Below, piece after piece: positions 48,501 to 64,000 of a stretch of 64,000 nucleotides of DNA (positions are counted from its first letter, which is position 1; every line of letters starts with the position of its first letter). Origin of the DNA: Hormiphora californensis (lineage: Eukaryota > Animalia > Ctenophora); contig CM035358.1 of the NCBI GenBank assembly GCA_020137815.1, positions 4,650,001-4,714,000 on the forward strand, read 5' to 3'. The translations under genes and the position numbers were made by a program. The notes beneath the pieces were generated by a model. It saw nothing but the letters and a program-made list of their open reading frames with translations, was not told the origin of the DNA and ran no database searches.

Positions 48501-50871
48501 CATGTACAATGACCTTTAGATTAGGCATCACGAAAGTGATTTGCAGTGGAGGTACAGTAAACCAAACCAACCAACCTTTTAGATCTGGAAAAGTTTGTCC
48601 ATTGCATCTTATTTCTTCACTTGATTTGCCGATAGTACAGCCCAGTGCACGGTAAGCATCCATTAGATTCCAAACTTTATTGTCTGGTACAAGTGACAGG
48701 TGATCCAGCATATGGTGGCAGAGGTCCAGATTTTCTGCAACACTCCGTAGCGAAGTGACCGGGAAAGGGAGGAGAGGGGCGAGTTCCGATGTTTCCTTGT
48801 CCTTCAATTCGTATGCTATATCCTCGAGAATTGATATGTATCTGGTATTGAAAATAGTGGTAAATGGTGATAATCTACCATGAGGAGAACATATATAAGA
48901 AAACTAAAGAAAAGGGGAGAAAGAAAACAAATCCTTCATTCCTTCAATTATCTAAACAATATAATCCACGTAATATCTTATTCTGGTGATAGTGCTCTAC
49001 AGATACAGAGTGATATGTTATACCTGTTAAGATCGGAGGGTGAGTGTGGGACACGAGACAACTTTTCTAAAGCGGTGGCAGTTTCTGCAAATACAAACTC
49101 CAAAAGACCTCGACCATCGTCTTCTAGGACTGAATCTTGTTCGATCTGACGAGGAGAAGTCACTGTATGTGGGTGTATTAAAAAGAAAAACACGTTAACT
49201 TTTGGCATTGTCACCACAGAAGGAATAATATAACCAATATGTTCACTTTTTTTACTGCATGCAGCAAACCGACAGGCGACAACATAGATTAGTAAATCAT
49301 TGCCTTGTTCGACAAGTTTTGAACAAAACAAGTAAATCATATCAACTAGGGTACCATACCGACATAAACATGTTTCCACTGGTAGATAGGTTCAAACACA
49401 CTCCGGTGATAAAACCATACATCGTAAAGGCATACCGGTAGGATTCAAAAATCCAAATTCTTGAGAAATCACAACTCTAAAATTGAGGAATATTAGATGT
49501 TTAGATACGTACTTGATTGCTTGATGCTGGTGAAAGTGCACGACAAAGTTATCTGGAGCTAGAACAATTCGATACGAGATTTTTTGTTAACTCTCGTTTC
49601 GATTTGAACAATCGACACACGTAGATTGGAAAAACTACGTAGAAAAAGATTGAGAAAAAGATAAACTAAGAATATCGAACCTTATTCTGTACATCTCGCT
49701 TGATAACAATAAATGTCTCATTCCCAACCCACAACTCTGTTCCATATAGTTGAGAGTATTTGACACAAGTACCAAGAACAAGGTCCTCTGTATCCCCATA
49801 AAACTCAAACTTAGACAAAAACTCAAAGGTTTTCTCCGGTTCTGTCGCTACCAAGTTGTAATCTAAATCTGAAATATCAAATTTTCCTGATGCAAACTTT
49901 TCTTCATCTGTTAAAGGAATGTACGACTCAACGTGAAGCAATTCCTGTGCCTTAACAGAGTCTTGGAGCCACTCCAGTGTAGCAACTGACACACCAAGGG
50001 CATTTGCTGCAACTCCTTTGCGTGAGTTTTTCGTACGAATACCATCATTCGTTAGCAAATAGTCGACCTGTAGGAAAACGAGTTGTAGGTAAGTGTTAGT
50101 GGACTTCATCACCATAAGAGTGCGCATATACAAACAAGAATAACTGCATTATGTTTCATAATGCTATGTTTCCCCGCCAACCTCTATTTTCATAACTATC
50201 TAAATCTAATGTGAAGGCGGGCCAGACATTTCTCATCATTTATCAATCACTCAAACCGTATGGAACTTGGTCTTGTGTTTTAGTAGCACTAAATTGCGTG
50301 TCACAATGCGCGGCTCACATTTCCTGAAAACGTGCCATTGAAGTATTTGATGAAGGAGCAACACCGTTGTCCCTCGCAACTGAGCGTGTTACAGCCAGTT
50401 TTGTGACCGTGACACCTCACTAGTATGTAAACTTGTCGAATTCTAAACCCCTATGCCTTTTTACAAAAGGCATCCGGGTGAATGCCTTCGGCATTCACCC
50501 GGGCGGGGGAAAAATAATGCTGGTACACTTTTAACTTACCTTTTTGTTCAAAGTATAATGAACTATACCGCCATTATTTGTGATCTGCTCAATTATCTGC
50601 TTCTTTTCTTTGTATCGGATCGTGTAATCCAGATCTAGGGTGATTTTCTTCCCCGACAAGATCATGTTTACGAAGGCATCCGGGTGAATGCCTTCGGCAT
50701 TCACCCGGGCGGGGGAAAAATAATGCTGGTACACTTTTAACTTACCTTTTTGTTCAAAGTATAATGAACTATACCGCCATTATTTGTGATCTGCTCAATT
50801 ATCTGCTTCTTTTCTTTGTATCGGATCGTGTAATCCAGATCTAGGGTGATTTTCTTCCCCGACAAGATCAT
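41100..50871 (-). CDS. PARP4: PARP4/vault-PARP-like protein: BRCT, PARP regulatory and catalytic, VIT, vWA, 2 UBL plus ubiquitin, low complexity, Hsp70-SBD-like, PARP4-like C-terminus (3' part disrupted or mis-assembled)
   Basis: BRCT ([25 protein letters not shown]); PARP motifs [50 protein letters not shown]; VIT ([46 protein letters not shown]); vWA; [15 protein letters not shown]; late AGLRSLG motif. 3' boundary approximate. Confidence 0.82.
43688..43845 (-). repeat. 42-bp coding minisatellite ([13 protein letters not shown]-type 14-aa unit x4)
   Basis: ggctcagtcaagatactacc repeated at 42-bp spacing. Confidence 0.9.
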
Positions 50872-50879
50872 GTTTACGA
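50467..50879. repeat. 206-bp tandem duplication containing PARP4 coding exon 1 and a perfect hairpin
   Basis: Two apparently identical units (ATG at 50665 and 50871 on -); hairpin ccgggtgaatgcc-ttc-ggcattcacccgg. Confidence 0.9.
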
Positions 50880-51758
50880 AGCATCAAGCTCACAGATCTT
50901 TGTGTTCAAACATGCGTGTGTTGTTACAGTTGATTCAAAGCAGTTACGCCCTATTTCTCGGAACGGAAGATCTAAGAAAAAACAAATTTCACGTTTAATT
51001 GGGAAAAATGGTAAAAAGTAATGAAAGATGATATTAGAATTGAAGCATATAGAAGCTATTATTCACAGTACGTGAAATGTAGCGCTTTCGGCTTTTCAAT
51101 GCTTTCAGAGACTCAAGAGAGGTGTCAAAAGAAGGAACGCACTTTTTGATTTGGCATACGTTGCAGGCCCCTTATAATATAATATAAGGGGCCTGGAAGG
51201 AATACCGCGCTAGGGGGGAATACATAATCAATCATATCTCCGGTTCCAGATAAGGTACAGAAATCGTTTTGGTAGCGTTGGAAAGAGGAAGATAACAGCT
51301 TTCAAATGCAACCGGTTTCAGGTCTCTATCTTATCAGGAACAGGAGATATGAACCAAACTCCGCAAAATCGAGTGCGGTAAAATAAAAAATTCGAGATTT
51401 TAATTCAAATTTGAAACAAGGTGTCCATGCAGGGACCTGTGACGTCACTTTTTGAAAACAACCAATCTTTGAACGGCTATTGCTCAGCCTCCTCAAGTCC
51501 AATTAACTTCTCTCAAAAACAGCAAGGTAGATAATTGTCAGATCTAACAGCTAGTGAAAGAATCAAGCAAAACGGACTTCAGGGGCCAAAGTTATAAGCA
51601 CCGCCGTTTTTTCGACCGCAAAGTTATTTTCGACCGAGCCGGGCTCAGGCCAAACGCGCGCGCGGCATTCCCTTCAGTCCCCTCGTTGCGGGGGTGCGCG
51701 CATGAGGGGGCTGCAGCGCATTCCAACTTTTTGATCAACAAAAGTTCAAAAAGACGGT

Positions 51759-52308
51759 GCCCGACTTGACGGTGCCCGACTTGACGTCTCGGCCAGAGGT
51801 GTGTGGAGCCCGCTTGACAAGGTTTACACGGATATAAGGGTTTTCAACTCTTTGGCACCCACTAACAACCGCCAGTCCGTGGATGACACTTTTCGGAGAC
51901 ACGAACAGGAGAAGATCCGGAACTATAACGACCGTGTAATACAGGTAGAAAAGGCGACTTTCATGCCGCTTGTGTTCTCTACTACAGGCCTGATGGGTCC
52001 TAAGGCGGAAGTTTTTTACAAACGGGCTGCCACCCTTCTATCCAACAAAACAGGCCACACCTACAGCGACTCCATCCGCTATATCCGGCTCCGCCTTTCA
52101 TTTTGTCTGCTGAAGACTATACTGATATCAATAAGGGGGTACAGAGGAAACTGTTTTACCCGATTTAATTCTTATGACAATGATTTTAACCTTATAATCT
52201 AACTTATTACTTTTATAGTCCTAATGACCAACTTAATGTGTATATAGTGATTGTGTAACCTGATTTATTTCTTATATAAAGTTGAACCGGTCAACCCGGC
52301 TTTCCAAA
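51759..52308 (+). mobile_element. 5'-truncated RLE-type (CRE-like) non-LTR retrotransposon with A-tail and 11-bp TSD
   Basis: ARLDVSARGVW..DIRVF..HEQEKIRNY..FMPLVFSTTG restriction-like endonuclease C-terminus; aaaaagacggt at 51748-51758 and 52309-52319. Confidence 0.78.
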
Positions 52309-52523
52309 AAAAAGACGGTTCAAAAAGACCAGGTTTTACTTTATCCGTAAATATGACACAATGCATTTTAATGTAACGCGCCAATTTTTTACAAATACGC
52401 TGCGTTTTACGCGCAAAATAAGTAGTTGAACTCACAAAAAAAGTTGCTCAACACTTTTTCAAACAACAAACACTTTCACTTCCTCTTTCCCAACACGTTA
52501 AGCTCCCGTTTCGTGTCCCAGTG

Positions 52524-54323
52524 ATGTCTACCGTTTTGAAATCCATCTTTGCACCCCTTCCTGCTGCTAAGAGGGGTCAAAACTTCCATCTCAACACTGA
52601 CCCAAAGAACCAAAAACTCCTCTACTGCAATGGACCAGCGGTCGTTGTTCGGGACCTCGCGAACCCAAGCGAGTGTTACACCTACAGTGAGCATGCTGCC
52701 ATTCCTACAGCAGCCTGTTTCGCTCCATCTGGGTTCTACATTGCCTCGGGAGACTCCGCTGGTAAAGTTAGAATTTGGGATACTACACAGGAGACGCATC
52801 TTCTGAAATTCGAGGCACACGGTCTGGGTGGATCTATCAAAGACATCTGCTGGTCACCTGACAGTAAGAGGATTCTTCTGGCTGGTGAAGGCAGGGAAAA
52901 ACGAGCCAACTGTTTCATGTGGGATTCTGGAACTAGCTGCGGGACCGTCTTTGGAGGAACTAAAAACGCCAACGCTGTTGCCCACAGCCCCTCTCGACCG
53001 TTCCGTGCTGTCGTTGCCAGCGAGGATTATTCCGTGCAATTCCACACGGGGGTTCCCTACAAGTTCGAGAAGACGATCCTGGAGCACAAGAACTTTGTAA
53101 ACAGTGTCCGATTCCATCCTGCCGGGGTGAACTTCTGTACTGTGAGCAGTGACAAGCGAGCCCTGCTCTTTGACGGCAAGACTGGAGAAACTGTGGGTGA
53201 ATTTAAGGATGCCGGAGAATTTGCTCATAATGGCGGTGTTATGGCGGTGTCTTACAATGCAACTGGTTCTCAGCTTATTACAGCATCAGCTGATAAGACC
53301 GTCAAACTGTGGGATACTGAAACACAACAGTGTGTAACTACATTCCAGTTCGATGCAAAGAACATGGAAGACCAGCAGTTGGGTTGCCTGTGGGCGGGTG
53401 AATTCCTTGTTTCTCTCTCCCTTGCTGGTGTCCTGACATATCTTGATCCTGCAACTGGGGCCCCCTCACGTGTTCTCAGGGGTCACTCCAAGAGCATTGA
53501 AGCAATGGAAGTAAGGAACAAGAAGATTTACACCGCCAGTTTTGATGGAAGGAAAACTGTTTGGGATGCAGAGAGTGGTGATGCGGAGTGGATTAGCGGC
53601 GGAAACCAGAAGATTATGGACATGCGAGTAACAGGAGACAATACTCTTATCTCAGTCGACATTGAACAGAAAGTCGTGAAGACAGCATTGGATTCCCTCG
53701 CATCCGAGAGCTGCAACGTTTCCCTACCTTCTCAGGCTAATCACATGGCTGCCGGTCCTGGAATTGAGGTTTACGCTTGTGAAAATGCCCTGGCTCTTGT
53801 TCGAAATGGTACTACCTCCACGACCTCCATTACGTACAACCCCAACGGGTGTGCCATTTCCTCCACCGGATCCGTTCTCGCTGTCGCCGCAAAGGACGAA
53901 CCAACACTCTACCTATACGATATCGATGGAGACTCCATTGTCCAACGACGCACCATCTCCTTATCGGCGGCGTGTGAGGAAATTTTCTACTCCCCAGATG
54001 GGGCGTTCCTAGCGGGGGCAGGCCGTGGCAGGTCCCCCCTCCTTCTGGACGTGACAGCTGACTACAAACCTGTGATTCATTGCTGGAGTTCCTCTGCAGC
54101 CCTCAAAACATGTTCCTTCTCCCCCGATAGCAGGCTGGTGGCATATGCAGGGATAGATACTAACATCCTAGTTGGTAATGTTCAGCAACCAATGGACACC
54201 CCTGTCAAGATTATCCGGGCCCATCCCCTGGGGACTATCAACAGAGTGAGGTGGTCTGATGAGAATACCATTGTGAGCACTGGTAGTGATTGCCAAGTCA
54301 GGCAGTTCACTGTCACTTGTTAG
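52524..54323 (+). CDS. WDR1: WD repeat-containing protein 1 / actin-interacting protein 1, intronless
   Basis: IFAPLPAAKRG..YSEHA..APSGFYIASGDSAGKVRIWDTTQETHLLK..SRPFR; 599 aa; ATG 52524. Confidence 0.96.
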   Translation: MSTVLKSIFAPLPAAKRGQNFHLNTDPKNQKLLYCNGPAVVVRDLANPSECYTYSEHAAIPTAACFAPSGFYIASGDSAGKVRIWDTTQETHLLKFEAHGLGGSIKDICWSPDSKRILLAGEGREKRANCFMWDSGTSCGTVFGGTKNANAVAHSPSRPFRAVVASEDYSVQFHTGVPYKFEKTILEHKNFVNSVRFHPAGVNFCTVSSDKRALLFDGKTGETVGEFKDAGEFAHNGGVMAVSYNATGSQLITASADKTVKLWDTETQQCVTTFQFDAKNMEDQQLGCLWAGEFLVSLSLAGVLTYLDPATGAPSRVLRGHSKSIEAMEVRNKKIYTASFDGRKTVWDAESGDAEWISGGNQKIMDMRVTGDNTLISVDIEQKVVKTALDSLASESCNVSLPSQANHMAAGPGIEVYACENALALVRNGTTSTTSITYNPNGCAISSTGSVLAVAAKDEPTLYLYDIDGDSIVQRRTISLSAACEEIFYSPDGAFLAGAGRGRSPLLLDVTADYKPVIHCWSSSAALKTCSFSPDSRLVAYAGIDTNILVGNVQQPMDTPVKIIRAHPLGTINRVRWSDENTIVSTGSDCQVRQFTVTC

Positions 54324-54902
54324 AAAGGATAAAATGGGACTTTTCACAGGAAGGAGAAAATTGGACTTTTGACAACCTTTTTTGGATCACCTACTATTAA
54401 TGAACTATATCTACGATTAACAATTTACTGAAGAAAAGAATTTAGTGAAATCATTTCTTATATATTGTATTGTGGTAGCGTGTTTTTGGTTTTTTGGCGG
54501 TCTTTTCTCTGATTTCTATCTCTTTTTTGACTCCCTGAAGTTGATTGATTAGGGTGTTTGACAGCCTGACACCCGTTATGTTATGTGTCTGTGAGTGTGT
54601 AAAATTTTGTTTTTGATCTTCAATCACAACGCGTTTTTTACGGTGTTTCTGTTAGTATGTACAATTATATATTTACCCTTTCATTCGAATATGCAGTTAC
54701 CATTTTCACTAGAAGTGTTTGTAAATGTGTCTCTAACCAAGTTTCCTCCTCCCTCGTAATTCTCTTTCTAAATGTTACCAAACATTTTTCTCTTTCCCAC
54801 GGAACTTCCCTAACTATCGCATCCCTAACTCTCCCTCTCCCTCTCTCTCCCTATTTATACTGCATTCCTAACCCTCCCTCCCTCTTTCTAGCACTAGTCT
54901 GC

Positions 54903-57514
54903 ATGCACAATGAACCACCGGAAGAAGCCGTGAGGGACCCATTAACACTCACTCCCCGACCCCCACGGATCTCAAAACGAAAGAGGGCCTTCTCAGAACC
55001 GGGAACTACAAATCCTTGGCCACCACTCGGACATGATCGGATCCCGGAATTACAGCCTACTCAAGATGGTGGAGTATCGTGGTGGCGGTACCTGGTTAAA
55101 CCCCACGTTATAATAGTTATCCTCTCTATCATACTGCTTTTTACCCCCTCACCTACAACATGGCTGGACGGGTTAGGAGGTGGGAGGAGGGTGAATGAGG
55201 GGCAGAAGAAGAGGATAGATGTGGTGAAACAAGTTCCTTTTGTCGTCCTACCAGAACCAGGTTAGTAGGCTGGTGTACATAACGTCTCCTGTTTCGGCCA
55301 TGAAATTGGTGGCTGATAATATTAACATGTCAGAGTACAAGTTGAATCTGAGTTCTATCCACAGCAGTAACCGACCGAAACAAGTAAACAACCAATCAGA
55401 ACTCGTTATTTAGGTCACGTGACTGGTTATTAGCCAATCAGGGACCAGTATTTCCTGGTTCGGTCGGTTCTTGATCCACAGCTTTCTTTACAGTGAAACC
55501 GCTAAAATCGGAGGTAATGCAACTGTTAGAGGCGGCCAAGAGAATGAAGGATAGTGCTAAGATAGAGAAAGCAGATAAACTTTACAGCCAGGCTCTCCAC
55601 TTTGCACCCGATCACCCTGAAATACTCGGTATGTGAAATGACTGGTTTTATAATGTACCCGGACATATATATAATCATTTCCACAATCTGCAATTATTAT
55701 TAATCTCTTTTTATCCTGCCCCCCCCCCCTTCCTCCAGTTCAGTATGCTGAGTTTTTGGAGAAAGAAAAGAAAGATGTGGTTACTGCGGATAGCTTGTAT
55801 AGTAAAGTTTTAAAACGAGATCCAACAAACAAGGCAGCGCTTCTTCGACACCAGGTACAAACATTATTATATGCCTCACACCTTTTATTATTTAAGAAAG
55901 TTCCTGAAACAACTTCTGTTTGCTGCTATGTTTTTACTTTATAGATGGCCCCAAATTTAACTTGTCCACAAATCCATGGGGATGAGACATGGGTGATATA
56001 CCTCCCCCTAACTCCCTCCTCTCCTTCAGATAAATCTACCACAAGTCCAGGCTATAGATCACAAGCACTATCGGGCAATTGAGGCGAAACGATTTGCCCT
56101 CTCCCAGATAGCCCCTGGAAACATGGCCTTTAGACGGGCTAAGAAGGAGTTTTACTTTCAGCTAATTTATCATAACAATGCCATCGAGGGTGAGTTGGGG
56201 TGTGTCGAAATAATGAAAAGATACCAAGAGTAGTTGATTTTCAGCTTTTGTTTAGATGTTTTTATTATCTGTTGGCTACTGGAGTCGAAGTCCTGGACCA
56301 AAGCGACTCGAAAATTACTTCATTGCACTTTTGTCTCCTGCATATATATTTTACTCAATTCACTCTTTAGGGAACACGATGACGCTGTCCATGACCCGCA
56401 GTGTCCTTGAAACGGGTCGTGCTATTGGTGGACAGAGTATACAGGAACACAACGAGATTATTGGAATGGACTCAGCTCTGCACTTTCTGAATGGAACAAT
56501 GTTGGGTGTCAACAATCCGCTGGACATTCAAACTATACTGGATATCCATACTAAATTACTAGGTGAGAGCGGGTTATATCCACACTAAATTACTAGGTGA
56601 GTGGGATATATCCACACTAAATTACTAGGTGAGCGGGTTATATCCACACTAAATTACTAGGTGAGTGGGATATATCCACACTAAGCTACCTAGGTGAGAG
56701 CGGGATATATCCACACTAAGCTACCTAGGTGAGAGCGGGTGGCTGATTTGTGAGTGTGGATTCCTCATTAATTGTTTGTTGGTATGTCTGTTTACCCTTC
56801 ATACCAACCCCGGCCCCCATCAAATGATAACCCCCCTCTCTGAAACACATTACATTACTTGAACACCCCCAGGTCACGTTGATCCGATGAACGCAGGTCG
56901 TTACCGGACCCACCAGGTCTACGTAGGGAACTTTGTACCGCCCAAAGCTGAGGATGTTCCAGCTCTGATGACCGACCTGGTGGCATGGTTGAACAGTGCG
57001 GAGGCGTGGTCACTTCACCCCGTGGAGTATGCTGCAATAGCCCACTATAGACTGGTTTATATTCACCCCTTTGTGGATGGTAATGGACGGACTAGCAGGC
57101 TGTTGATGAACCTGAGGTTAATCCAGGCTGGATATCCGCCTGTTATTATCAAAGTGGAGGACAGGTAAATATCCGCATAAATAATGTAGAAAATTAAAAG
57201 AATTAGGAAATTAAGAGTAGATTTGAATACCATGGAGCTTTTATACAATACACTGCTATCCTTTAATTTTCTCCTTCACTAGGTTCAAATACTACGAGGC
57301 ACTAGAGGAAGCGAACAGTGGCGACATCAGACCATTTATCCGTTTTGTGGCACAATGTACGGAGACCAGTCTGGATGGATATTTAGATAGTCTGGGGATT
57401 GAGAAGGAACACTTGAAACATGATCAGGGAGGTCCTCCTTCTTCATCTGATCACGTGACATTTAGTGATGGGGAGGAGGAGATAAGAGACCGAGATGACG
57501 TCATTTCGTTGTGA
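54903..57514 (+). CDS. FICD: FIC-domain protein adenylyltransferase (FICD/HYPE), multi-exon
   Basis: N-terminal TM, TPR region, inhibitory helix [11 protein letters not shown], Fic motif [23 protein letters not shown]. Confidence 0.95.
55365..55473. mobile_element. 109-bp hAT-like MITE, 8-bp TSD atccacag
   Basis: TIR cagtaaccgaccgaa / ttcggtcggttcttg; perfect TSD 55357-55364 and 55474-55481. Confidence 0.88.
56547..56740 (+). repeat. ~30-32-bp tandem repeat x6 spanning a FICD exon/intron boundary
   Basis: ccacactaaattactaggtgag(ag)cgggttatat units. Confidence 0.9.
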
Positions 57515-57986
57515 TAACTGCACGCGTGTAACCATGGTAACCACTACCATTGTGTAACTGTGGTAACCAGGAGAGTGTAACCATGGTTGCACAATGTGAG
57601 TGGTTATTATGGAAACATTGTGTGTTATTGTTTTTAGTATTTGTGGGATTTGTTATGCACAGAAAATCAATAGCTATTTATTCAGTAGATACCTATAATT
57701 ACTAACTACACAGTAATATTATTCGGGGGTTATACTAATACATAGATACATTAACAACTGAGAGGACTGTAATTCTCAGATTAGAAAAAATTTCTTTTTA
57801 ATTCAGCTGTAAATACAAAAATACAAAAGCAGTGAAATGCTTGTTTTAGTCACAATTGATTGCGTTTTACTTTGAAATGAACTACAAAATATAAAGATCG
57901 ATTTGAGAAATAATCAGTGATTATTATTCTCAAATTATTCTCAAACTATTCTCAAATTATTCTCAAAACAATCACCGTTCTCAGTC

Positions 57987-64000
<6,014 letters not shown>

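Overview
Eukaryotic, intron-rich but compact animal genomic DNA, most likely a ctenophore (Pleurobrachia-like). This is inferred from a ~135-aa repeated extracellular domain and a 109-bp MITE that I recall from ctenophore sequences; not verified. About 14 protein-coding genes can be assembled by hand. An alpha-arrestin (ARRDC) gene has a 9-kb intron hosting two intronless genes (DENN/WD40 and a sulfotransferase). Next come a GGCT-like gene, a 97-aa orphan and a secreted multi-sushi protein. A tightly packed + strand run follows (PHD/C2H2, orphan, Deltex, PLRG1), then a large - strand PARP4/vault-PARP-like gene, then a second + strand run (WDR1, FICD, RPAP1), with an antisense kringle gene nested in RPAP1. 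The most striking object is the PARP4-like gene. After BRCT-PARP-VIT-vWA it carries two degenerate ubiquitin-like domains, a near-canonical ubiquitin ending LRLRGG-Pro, and a spliced Hsp70 substrate-binding domain. Its 3' part has unresolved stops/frameshifts. Most start codons have a splice acceptor just upstream, suggesting SL trans-splicing and operon-like clusters. Introns contain many MITEs, long foldback palindromes, a 163-bp satellite and LINE/Helitron remnants. All gene models are manual and unconfirmed by transcripts.
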